Assembly: GCA_005191425.1 (NCBI GenBank)
Contig: SUPR01000002.1
Location: forward strand, 1 to 32,000
Source: Candidatus Helarchaeota ASGARD archaeon Hel_GB_B
Lineage (GTDB): Archaea; Asgardarchaeota; Lokiarchaeia; Helarchaeales; HEL-GB-B
Direction: 5' to 3'
DNA: 32,000 nucleotides
Shown: in pieces, positions 18,958-27,734 of the stretch
Position numbering within the stretch: the first letter of the stretch is position 1
How the letters are laid out: every line of letters starts with the position of its first letter
Translations under genes and position numbers: made by a program
The notes under the pieces: generated by a model
Told to the model about the DNA's origin: nothing
Seen by the model: the letters and a program-made list of their open reading frames with translations, nothing else
The model's database searches: none

Positions 18958-19449
18958 TTATTCACCTTTAACAAAACCAACAATTCTAATAGCATCTCCA
19001 AAACAATAAGTTTCACAGACCCTACATGCTAAGATAGGGGGTTCAAACCGCCTGCATTTTTGTTGATTTATTACTTCAGCTTTTCCATTCTTAATTTTGA
19101 AAACAAGGTCTGTAAATTCCTTGTGAGGACCATCGCCCACTTTACATTCATCACACAAACGAGCATTAGGTGGACAAGCAACAAGGCAATTTCCACATCC
19201 TGTACATTTGTCTGGGTCAAGTAGAATACCACCTTCACCTTCAACTTCCTCATCTGGAAAGAGCTCTTGTAATTTTTTTAAATTTGCAGCATATTTTGGT
19301 TCTTCAAATAAAGGCGTGCATTTATCAAGCTTGACTTTTGCTCCGACCAGTTTTATTGCAAAACCCATACAATTTGGCTCACCACATTTTTTACAATTAG
19401 TTTTTGGTAATAACTTATAAGCTTCCATAACCGAGGGTTTCTTGGACAT
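18958..19449 (-). CDS. fwdG: FwdG-like Fe-S protein (N-terminal FeS domain plus ferredoxin domain)
   Basis: LLPKTNCKKCGEPNCMGFA..CTPL, CTGCGNCLVACP, C..CRVCETYC. Located between fwdD and fwdB. Confidence 0.75.
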   Translation of the reverse strand: MSKKPSVMEAYKLLPKTNCKKCGEPNCMGFAIKLVGAKVKLDKCTPLFEEPKYAANLKKLQELFPDEEVEGEGGILLDPDKCTGCGNCLVACPPNARLCDECKVGDGPHKEFTDLVFKIKNGKAEVINQQKCRRFEPPILACRVCETYCFGDAIRIVGFVKGE

Positions 19450-19471
19450 TTTTAATCATAACCTCATTTTA

Positions 19472-19879
19472 TCATTTTAAAAAAAGTTCTTTTATTTCTT
19501 CATATGATTTTATTTTTTCGTCCGTACTTTCAATAAATCCTTTAAAATTTTTGAATTTAATATGGTCGTCGTTTTTAAACTCATCGGATAATATTTGAGA
19601 TGCCCATATACCTATTGGGACGAATACTATTCCTTTTAAAGCATATGGTGTCTTTAAAGCCTTTAGGACTACACTCCCCCACTTGGTAGAGATTTTTACA
19701 TTTGTTCCTTCTTTTATACCTAATTCATTGATGTCGTCCTCTGATAATAAACATATCGCAGCATTGTTGAAATATTCCTCTGAATTTTTTCCTATAAAGT
19801 CTGAGATTTCTTCCTCAAATGTCCGCACTACAGATACTATAATTTCTATCTTGGGGACTAAAAATTTGTAAAAACTCAT
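19472..19879 (-). CDS. fwdD: Formylmethanofuran dehydrogenase subunit D-like (molybdopterin dinucleotide-binding)
   Basis: LSEDDINELGIKEGTNVKISTKWGSVV, GIVFVPIGIWA, FKNFK pattern. First gene of the fwdD-G-B run. Confidence 0.85.
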   Translation of the reverse strand: MSFYKFLVPKIEIIVSVVRTFEEEISDFIGKNSEEYFNNAAICLLSEDDINELGIKEGTNVKISTKWGSVVLKALKTPYALKGIVFVPIGIWASQILSDEFKNDDHIKFKNFKGFIESTDEKIKSYEEIKELFLK

Positions 19880-20041
19880 ATTAAAAAAAAATTGAAGATA
19901 TCAATAAGAATTTTTAGGCGAGAATATTACATTTTTTTTAAGTAATAATCATAATTCTAATGTAAAAAAAATTATTGAAAATTATTATTCAAAACAATTT
20001 TAATTATTATCCAAAAAATAAAAAGGTAAATTATTACTAAA

Positions 20042-20653
20042 TTATTCTTTAATAAATCGAAAACCGTTTTTATCGACAATAGCAATTTGCATGGCACCAC
20101 CTGAAGCAGAATCACGTCTTCTTGCACTTTCTATTGCATTTTTAGCGAGTTTTATACCTTCTTCAGGGGTCAAGTCTTTTCTCCAATCGTTCTCTAATAC
20201 ACCAATTGCCATAACGCTACCCGAACCAACACTGATAAAATCCTTTTCTTTAATTATAGAGCCAAAAAAGTCCATACTATAAATTTGAGGACCTTTTTCA
20301 TCAAAACCACCAATAATTAACATTGAATAATAGGGGGAAGACCTATTTTGAAACATTAATGTGGACAATAAAGAAACCGCACTATTCACGGAAACTCTTT
20401 TGTCAAACTCAAGTTCTTGCAACCTTAAGTGAGCTTGTAATAACCTGACTAGCGCTTGACAATCTGCAACTCCGCCAGAAATGGTGATGCCTATGTTGTC
20501 CATAAGTTTAAATAATTTATCAGCTTTCTTTGTTGCAACATAATATTCAGCAGTTGCTTGGGATTCAGTTGCTAATATTACTCCATCTTTAATAATGAAA
20601 CCAATTGTTGTAGTTCCAGTCCGTAATGTTGGGATATTTAAATTATTGTTCAT
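20042..20653 (-). CDS. psmB: Proteasome subunit beta
   Basis: 13-aa propeptide ending LRTG followed by catalytic TTT; ISGGVADCQ; VGSGS; RRDSASGG. SD GGTGG 4 nt before ATG. Confidence 0.97.
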   Translation of the reverse strand: MNNNLNIPTLRTGTTTIGFIIKDGVILATESQATAEYYVATKKADKLFKLMDNIGITISGGVADCQALVRLLQAHLRLQELEFDKRVSVNSAVSLLSTLMFQNRSSPYYSMLIIGGFDEKGPQIYSMDFFGSIIKEKDFISVGSGSVMAIGVLENDWRKDLTPEEGIKLAKNAIESARRRDSASGGAMQIAIVDKNGFRFIKE

Positions 20654-20788
20654 TAGACCACCAAATTGTTTAAAGGGGCTGTTATAAAGTTAGTTAGAAA
20701 ATACTATTTTTAAAGTTTGTTGAACTACTTTTATTAATATAAATTATCAAATTAATTAAAGTCGACCTTATTAAAATTGGTGAAATAA

Positions 20789-21226
20789 ATGCTGAACAGA
20801 AGAAAATACCCAAGATATCCTATTTTAGGTGTTGGGACTATAATCTTAAGAAATAATTCAGAAGTCTTAATAATTCAAAGGGCATCTGAACCTGATAAGG
20901 GAAAATGGTCAATTCCAGGAGGCTTGGTAGAATACAATGAAAAGCCTGAATATGCAGCAAAACGTGAAGCACTTGAAGAAACTAATTTGGATGTTGAAAT
21001 TGGATCCTTGATAGATGTTGTCAATAAGATCATCTTAGACGAAAATAAAAAGATCAAATACCACTTTATAATTTTAGATTATTTAGCCAATTCATATAAA
21101 GGTACAGCACGAGCTTCAGATGATGCTAAACAACTTATATGGTGTAAATTTGAAGATTTACCGTCATATTCCTACCCAGATACAATAGTAGAATTATTTA
21201 AAAAGGTTAAAATTTGGCCGCTATAG
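20789..21226 (+). CDS. NUDIX hydrolase (ADP-ribose pyrophosphatase-like)
   Basis: Nudix box GGLVEYNEKPEYAAKREALEETNL. SD GGTGA 5 nt before ATG. Confidence 0.92.
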   Translation: MLNRRKYPRYPILGVGTIILRNNSEVLIIQRASEPDKGKWSIPGGLVEYNEKPEYAAKREALEETNLDVEIGSLIDVVNKIILDENKKIKYHFIILDYLANSYKGTARASDDAKQLIWCKFEDLPSYSYPDTIVELFKKVKIWPL

Positions 21227-21302
21227 GCATATAAAAATAAAAAAATTAACAAATATGACAAAAAATTAAAACTATAATAGCTTAGCACCCTCGATAGAAA
21301 TT

Positions 21303-21443
21303 CTATCGGGCTTTTATTTTCTTGACTACAGGCGGCCTTATTTTATAAAGAATTCTATAACCACATTGGGGACATTTTATTCCTGGGAGTGAATTCATGT
21401 CCATTGCATTAATTTCTTTCTTACATTCACCGCACTCATACAT
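21303..21443 (-). CDS. rpoP: DNA-directed RNA polymerase subunit P (Rpo12)
   Basis: Manual translation MYECGECKKEINAMDMNSLPGIKCPQCGYRILYKIRPPVVKKIKAR (46 aa), matching the YxCxxC..CPxCGxRILxKxRP signature. SD GAGGT upstream. Not in the ORF track. Confidence 0.95.
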   Translation of the reverse strand: MYECGECKKEINAMDMNSLPGIKCPQCGYRILYKIRPPVVKKIKAR

Positions 21444-21543
21444 TTTAGTCTAACCTCAAATAAGAAAGGTATAGCTTATGAAAATACTCCTTTCTTTTAA
21501 ACTTTTAGGAATTATTAACAAGATTAACAAGATTTGTTGAAAT

Positions 21544-21861
21544 TTATTGAACAATAATATTTTTTCTATCATAACCTATTTTCAAAAGAACAGACTTAGC
21601 TTTTGACCTTTGGTCACCCTGTAATTCAATTGCATCACCTTTAACGGTGCCACCACATGCGCATTTAGATTTTAATTTATTTGTTAAATTATTTAAATCG
21701 GTATCTTGATCCAACCCTTCAATGATTGTGACTTTTTTACCATAACGCCGTTTTACCATCCGAATTTTGATTACAGAGTCTTCTTTGTATAATGTTTGAC
21801 ATATACAGATTTCTTTTGGTAATGAACACTTCGGACAAATTCCACTTTTTTCTAAATCTAT
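21544..21861 (-). CDS. sui1: Translation initiation factor aIF1 (SUI1), probably initiated at non-canonical ATA
   Basis: Core RRYGKKVTIIEG..LKSKCACGGTVKGDAIELQGD. The frame extends upstream of ATG 21759 through ICPKCSLPKEICIC to TAA at 21874-21876 with no ATG/GTG/TTG. Gene identity is confident; the exact start is inferred. Confidence 0.9.
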   Translation of the reverse strand: MDLEKSGICPKCSLPKEICICQTLYKEDSVIKIRMVKRRYGKKVTIIEGLDQDTDLNNLTNKLKSKCACGGTVKGDAIELQGDQRSKAKSVLLKIGYDRKNIIVQ

Positions 21862-21872
21862 ACAATCACCAT
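21858..21872 (-). other. 4-codon upstream ORF (ATG GTG ATT GTA TAG) whose stop overlaps the putative aIF1 start
   Basis: Read directly from the sequence. Whether it is translated is unknown. Confidence 0.4.
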
Positions 21873-22164
21873 TTTAAATTAAGATTATTAAATTAAAAAT
21901 TGTTTTGAGATTATTTTTTAATTACATATTAATTTATATTATTAATAATTTTAAATCTTTTTACTATTTTTATACATTCAGCTTCAATGTAAATATTGGA
22001 AATTTAGAACTTTATCGGTATAAAAGGGATTAATTATTAAAAAAAATATGTTTAACCCAACATATAGTAGAATTTGTTTTTTATTTTATTCAATTATTTT
22101 AATCTCAGTCAATTTAAGACTGTAAAATGATTAAAAGATATTATAAAGGATTAAACTATTAAAA

Positions 22165-23331
22165 TCATTTGAAAAATTTAGTCTTATGGCCCATTCCACT
22201 TGCAATTTTATGATCAGGGGTGATTTTAACGTCTAATGGTGTTTCATGGTCAATATCTAATATATATCCTTCAAATGCCTCTTCTTCAGAGATGCCTAAA
22301 TTCTCTAATGTACATTTTGACCCATTAGGCTCTTCTCTTATAATATTATCATCCTTGTCGAGCAATTTTTTATAATGATCAGGAATTTTAGTATTTAAAG
22401 AAATTGCAGGTATTGGTATCCCTTCTTTCCACTGAGATAGATATATTAAATCATAAATTTCAGGTAGGTCACTTTTTACCCATTCCAATGCCCTGTCTTC
22501 AATTGTAGATGTAATTAGTTTGTGAGAAGAAGTTAACCCTGCTAAGACCGTCTGAAATTTTGGTCGTGGCATATATACGATGCTACTAAATAATGGAGGA
22601 ATAGGATAATATAGAAAATAATAGTCAGGTAATTTGTACTTGAACTTTGTGTTCAGACCATCATAGATATTTCCAAGCATTTCATAATTTGAAAGTTCTG
22701 AAAACATATTATACATTGCTGAAGACCAACAAACACAAACCCAATACCTTGAGTTTTTCCATTCAGGGCGCCTTTCATTACGGATGTCCATTAAGATGTC
22801 CATAAGGACATGAGCTGATTTTGATAAATCCTTGACTTTGGCTGGTATTTCTCTTATTTTCCATCCATATTTCATGTGTCTTCTGTCTAAAAGTTCATCG
22901 TCTAAACCAGCAAGATACCAATCAGAAGGGACTCCAGATTCCATATGACCATTAAATACAAATAAAATTTCTGAACTAAAATCATCAATTATTGTGAAAC
23001 TTACGTCTGTCGAGTCTCCATACATTAATTTATTCGTCCCAACTTGTAGGTCAGACCTAACTGAAATTATATGAGGAACGGTATATAAGACGCTTTTCTC
23101 AGCCTCTTCTTGGCTCATCTCTCCGGATAAGATCTTTTTTCCAGTAAATATCATATTATTCCAACGATCTGCAGTAATATCATATTGTACTTGCCTAAAT
23201 TTCCCCTGAAAACTCTTCATATATTCAAGCCCGAATTTTCTAAAGATTTTATATACATTTCTTGACAATGGCAAATAATATTTAGTCCGAGAATCATCAG
23301 GTATTTCTCCAAATGAATGTAAACCAGACAT
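22165..23331 (-). CDS. Hypothetical protein, 388 aa, no family recognised
   Basis: Long ORF with SD-like GGAGT upstream and normal globular composition. No motif recognised. Confidence 0.75.
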   Translation of the reverse strand: MSGLHSFGEIPDDSRTKYYLPLSRNVYKIFRKFGLEYMKSFQGKFRQVQYDITADRWNNMIFTGKKILSGEMSQEEAEKSVLYTVPHIISVRSDLQVGTNKLMYGDSTDVSFTIIDDFSSEILFVFNGHMESGVPSDWYLAGLDDELLDRRHMKYGWKIREIPAKVKDLSKSAHVLMDILMDIRNERRPEWKNSRYWVCVCWSSAMYNMFSELSNYEMLGNIYDGLNTKFKYKLPDYYFLYYPIPPLFSSIVYMPRPKFQTVLAGLTSSHKLITSTIEDRALEWVKSDLPEIYDLIYLSQWKEGIPIPAISLNTKIPDHYKKLLDKDDNIIREEPNGSKCTLENLGISEEEAFEGYILDIDHETPLDVKITPDHKIASGMGHKTKFFK

Positions 23332-23530
23332 GTTTTAATTACTCCTTGAATATTTTAAACTAATTTATTTCAATTATCATCTCTAGGAGGTTCCTTAAAT
23401 CACTAATACTTTTTATAAATAAAAAAATTTTTGATTAATTATATCATTATAAAATAATGTTATAACTGATTTAAAAAATTTATAGTCAATGATAATATTA
23501 TTTTTAAGAACTTAATTTTAACTTAATTAA

Positions 23531-23544
23531 CTAAAGTTCGACAC
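23531..23544 (+). repeat. IS left inverted repeat CTAAAGTTCGACAC
   Basis: Exact reverse complement of 24959-24972. Confidence 0.92.
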
Positions 23545-23643
23545 CTTAATATTAAAAAAATAAGTTATAAAAATTGATAGGGGTCCCAGTGGAAATAGAC
23601 CTCTATTTTAAACCTTATAAACTAATTATTTCTTTATAATTAA

Positions 23644-24957
23644 ATGATGAACGTCATAAGTGAAAACATGATAGTTAGAGACTTTAGTCAGCTCTTGGAA
23701 GGCGATTTAGGAGCAGACCAAATAAAAGTCTTAATGATATATCTTAATGGACTTATAACAGAAGATGAAGCTTCTATTAACAAGTTAGCAAAAAATACAG
23801 TAGATTCTTTTAATGAGCGGACTATGAACAGAAAATTAAAAAAATTGGCTTCAAATTCAAAAGATATACTGAAAAAATGTTTAAAATCTTATCAGCAGAT
23901 ACCGGAGCTGTCCATTGATGAAAATGGACTTTATATATTAGACGAACACATAATAAGAAAATGGGGCAAAAAAATAGAGGGCTTGGGCTATTTCTACAGT
24001 TCATCAGAGAATAAAAAGGTTAAAGGGTTATCAGAGATAAGTGTTCATTATTATAGTAAGAAAATAGAGTATCCTGTAACATATGACATTTTTAGAAAGA
24101 AAGATGAATTAGAAAAATATAATAAAGAAGGGCAGTTTAGGAGTAAAAATGAAATAGCGAGGTCTTTGATAAAGGAAACTATAGAGATAAATAGTAAATG
24201 TAAAAACTGGTCATTTGACCCGTATTTTTTTACCAAGGATACCGCTAAATATTTGATAGAGCTGGGACAGTACTACGTATCGAGGATCAAACGTAATTGG
24301 AAGTGTACATTTAAGAAAAAACATTATTCAATATCAGAATTGTACGATACTCTAAAAAAGGACGATTTTCAATTAGTAAAAGTGAGACATTATAGTACCA
24401 AAAAAGTAAGATATTTTATGGTCGCGGAAAGAAATGTGTTCATAGAAAGGTTGGGAAATCAGCTGGTATTATATGTAAAGGAATTAAAAAAGGACGAAAA
24501 AGGAAATTTAATAGAGAAATATGAAGGTAAATATATGACCCTGGTATCAAATATGCTGGACAAAAGTCATGGTGAAATTATCAAAATATATATGATGCGG
24601 TGGCGAATAGAGACTGGATATAGAGACCAAAATCAAAATTTAAGCCTGGACAAGTGCAGATGGCGGGATATTGAAGGGCAGTACTGCTTTATTGCACTTG
24701 TATTCTTAGCATATTTGCTACTGTGCTGGGCACGTTATAAAGGGTATTTAAAGCCATACTCAGATAATTTAAATACTATTGGGTCTATAAAAGAATCATA
24801 TAAAAAATATAATAATGAGCTATTTGCTGATTGGATAACTGACCTAAAAAAACAATGTAATAACTGTAGGTTATTAAAACTTGTGTACCATTTGATTTAT
24901 AACAAAAAAATTAATATATACCAGTCTGATTTATATATAAATTCTCAGATAACTTGA
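23644..24957 (+). CDS. DDE transposase (IS701/IS4-like)
   Basis: ILDEH..KWGKKIEG (D1), SFDPYF (D2), YMMRWRIETGYRD (E with RWxIE signature). Confidence 0.9.
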   Translation: MMNVISENMIVRDFSQLLEGDLGADQIKVLMIYLNGLITEDEASINKLAKNTVDSFNERTMNRKLKKLASNSKDILKKCLKSYQQIPELSIDENGLYILDEHIIRKWGKKIEGLGYFYSSSENKKVKGLSEISVHYYSKKIEYPVTYDIFRKKDELEKYNKEGQFRSKNEIARSLIKETIEINSKCKNWSFDPYFFTKDTAKYLIELGQYYVSRIKRNWKCTFKKKHYSISELYDTLKKDDFQLVKVRHYSTKKVRYFMVAERNVFIERLGNQLVLYVKELKKDEKGNLIEKYEGKYMTLVSNMLDKSHGEIIKIYMMRWRIETGYRDQNQNLSLDKCRWRDIEGQYCFIALVFLAYLLLCWARYKGYLKPYSDNLNTIGSIKESYKKYNNELFADWITDLKKQCNNCRLLKLVYHLIYNKKINIYQSDLYINSQIT

Positions 24958-24958
24958 T

Positions 24959-24972
24959 GTGTCGAACTTTAG
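24959..24972 (-). repeat. IS right inverted repeat
   Basis: GTGTCGAACTTTAG, 2 nt after the transposase stop. Confidence 0.92.
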
Positions 24973-24997
24973 ATTATAAATATTTTTGAACTTATAG

Positions 24998-25477
24998 TGG
25001 GATATACAAAATTATTTAGACAATTCACCAGAAATTTATACCATTACAAGAGATGTAATAATATTATCCAATACATGTGATATGGTATTAAATAATCAAA
25101 AATTAAGAAATGTTTTAATTTCTCCATTAATTACAATCTCTGAATTTGAGCAAAAGAATCAAATTCATCGCAGTTCTGATTTTAAAGAAGCGATAAGGAG
25201 GGGCTATATTAGAAATTTTTTTATGCTAGCCAGAATCGATTTTGATAATATTAAAAAAGAAACTTGTTTGATAAATTTTCGAGAAATTTTCTTTACACCA
25301 AGTGAGATAATTAGAAATCATGCTAAACAATTAGGCAAAAGAATTAGACTTAAAAGTCCTTATAGAGAGAGTTTATCTCAAGCATTTGGAAAATTTATTA
25401 TGTATGTAGGTTATCCAGAAGAAATATCTTATTTTACCAAAAAATTGAAAATTTCAAAATTTGAAAATAATTTTTAA
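24998..25477 (+). pseudogene. Probably 5'-truncated gene of an uncharacterised family (possible PemK/MazF-like fold)
   Basis: The frame is open from 24998, 28 codons before ATG 25082, and reads ..RDVIILSNTCDMV..VLISPL..INFREIF..RLKSPYRESLSQAFGKF..VGYP. No canonical start precedes the VIILSNTCD motif. Confidence 0.5.
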
Positions 25478-25672
25478 TTATTTGAATTGTAGCGATCAAT
25501 TCAAAAGCACTAAGTCTTCTTTTATTATAAATATTTAAAATTAAATTATATAGATAAGAAATTATATTTAAATTTATTAAAAAGTGATCTAATCAATTAA
25601 AAATGAATAAATATCGGAATAATTTTAAGGTTATGATAAGTTATAAAGAAAAAAATAAAAAGAGGTCCGATT

Positions 25673-27184
25673 TTGATAGAAAATGACGTATATGATGTAA
25701 TCGTAATTGGGTCTGGAGTTGGCGGGTCTGCATGTGCGGCTATTTTAAGTCAAGCTGGATTTAAAACTTTAATTTTGGAAAAAAATAACGAAATTGGAGG
25801 CGCATGTAGTTCTTATTTCAAGGAAGGCTTTATAATTGATAGGGCATGTCATATTATTCCAATTGGAATAAAAGGGGTCATTGGAAAAATTTTAAAGAAA
25901 TGTGGTCTGAAAAATCTAGTTTTTTCAAAAAAAATAGGTACTGATTCAGCTGTTAGACTATTAAATAGTGATTATATACCATTGTCTTTTGCACCAAATG
26001 ATTTAATTTCTCTTGATCAATTTAAAGGACTTTTTGATGCATTTGGCTTTAGTCCAGAGGAACAGACTGAATTGATAAATGTAGTATTTAAAATATTACA
26101 ATATCCAAGGTCTAAAATTCGTCAAATGTTTGAAACAAAAATTATATTATCCGAATTTCTTGATAAGTTGACAAATTCTGAAAGAGTTAAATTCTTTTTA
26201 AGTTGGTTTAATGGACTTATGTTTGTTATACCACCCACTCAAACTAGTGCAGCTGAATTCTTACATTCATTCCAAGAAATGGTTTTTAAAAATGATGTTT
26301 CTTATCCAATGGGCGGTTGTATTGCAATCCCTCAAGCATTTATTGAAGGTGTTAAAAAATTTGGCGGAATTTATAAACCAAATATTGAAGTAAAAAAAAT
26401 TCTAATCGAGGATAATAAAGTAATAGGAGTAGAATTGAATAATGGTAATATAATCAATTCTAAAATTGTGATAAGTAACTTAAATATCAAACAAACAGTT
26501 AATAAATTAGTTGGTCCAAAATATTTTGATAAACAATATTTAGAGAAAGTTAACTCTTTGAAAGGTTCTGGGAGCACAATTGTATTAAAAATAGCTGTAG
26601 ATAAGGTTATAATTCCAAATTATTCATCTGTGCATTTAATACATACTGATAATTTTTCTAAAATAATAGAAAGCTATAAAGATTGGGAAAAAATGGAAGC
26701 TGAAGAACGAATTCCAGATAACCCTGTATTTATGGTACCAATTCCAAGCAATATAGATAAAAGTCTAGCTCCTCCTGGTAAACAACTCCTAATTTTCGGA
26801 AGTGGCGGAATAGCTACAAGTGAAAAACGGAATTGGGATCCATGGATAGAAAGATATTATGAAGCTATTCTAGATTTCCACCCTGAAATTGATGACCATT
26901 TAATTTTCATGGATATTACTACTCCATCTCCTAATACCGGTAAAATTAAAGCGTCAACAGACCTTACATCATATAGAGGAAATTTTATGGTCGAAGGCAC
27001 TTCATTAACACCAGACCAAGCAGGAAAATATAGAATAAGTTCACAACTACCAATTGAAGGATTATTTGTTGTTGGAGACAGTGCAGGTACTGATACACAT
27101 GGAGTAGGCACTCAAATAGCAGCAGACAGCGGCTTAAAATGTGCTCAATATATCACTTCAAAATATAAAATGAAGACACATTAA
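25673..27184 (+). CDS. FAD-dependent oxidoreductase, phytoene desaturase/CrtISO-like family
   Basis: VIVIGSGVGG..LEKNNEIGG Rossmann motif, YPMGG, APPGK, LPIEGLFVVGD. TTG start with GAGGT SD. Confidence 0.88.
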   Translation: MIENDVYDVIVIGSGVGGSACAAILSQAGFKTLILEKNNEIGGACSSYFKEGFIIDRACHIIPIGIKGVIGKILKKCGLKNLVFSKKIGTDSAVRLLNSDYIPLSFAPNDLISLDQFKGLFDAFGFSPEEQTELINVVFKILQYPRSKIRQMFETKIILSEFLDKLTNSERVKFFLSWFNGLMFVIPPTQTSAAEFLHSFQEMVFKNDVSYPMGGCIAIPQAFIEGVKKFGGIYKPNIEVKKILIEDNKVIGVELNNGNIINSKIVISNLNIKQTVNKLVGPKYFDKQYLEKVNSLKGSGSTIVLKIAVDKVIIPNYSSVHLIHTDNFSKIIESYKDWEKMEAEERIPDNPVFMVPIPSNIDKSLAPPGKQLLIFGSGGIATSEKRNWDPWIERYYEAILDFHPEIDDHLIFMDITTPSPNTGKIKASTDLTSYRGNFMVEGTSLTPDQAGKYRISSQLPIEGLFVVGDSAGTDTHGVGTQIAADSGLKCAQYITSKYKMKTH

Positions 27185-27734
27185 CTTTATATATATTAGA
27201 AGATATGAATTTTTTTCATTTATTCATCTGGGACATGATTCAATATAAAATAATTTCTGTTTTTTTTTTTCAGTACATATAACGTATAAAAAATTAACAT
27301 GATTATTTACTATATTGACCGTTTTTCATTTTTTTTAATTTTTCTTGTATTTTTTTATTGTGTCGTTAGAGTAAATTAATCTTGAAATATTATATTGTTA
27401 GATTCTCAACCATACCCCAGTCCTTATTACTCTTACTTTTCTATTTTAAATTAATATCTTGTTAATAATAAGTATTAATTACATTCGACCAAAAATTTCT
27501 TCTAAAGATTTAAAATCAATGAAATTTTATTATTATTTTTAAAATAGACAAATAAAATTGTAAAATAAAAACAGAAAATGATTATGAAATAACTTAATAA
27601 ATAATAAAAGAAATTAACTTCTAAAAATAACCATTATTATTCTTATAAATTTAATTAAATTTCCAATTCTTTATTATTTACCTCCAAAAAATTCTAATAG
27701 ACAAACATAATTAATATTCTTGTGAAAATTTGAG

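Larger units (their letters stand above)
23531..24972 (+). mobile_element. Insertion sequence, IS701/IS4-superfamily-like, 1442 bp
   Basis: Perfect 14-bp terminal inverted repeats flank a single DDE transposase. No exact flanking direct repeat. Confidence 0.92.

Noticed and set aside
9776-20653. Proteasome alpha and beta genes about 10 kb apart and outside the usual operons
   Set aside because: Dispersed psm genes are common in archaea. Catalytic Thr and gate residues look normal.
21515-21532. Two-copy tandem repeat TTAACAAGA between sui1 and rpoP
   Set aside because: Too short to distinguish from slippage or chance.
27185-27734. 550-nt intergenic region with SD-like motifs on the minus strand
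   Set aside because: Only very short ORFs. No repeat array or structured RNA that I can support.
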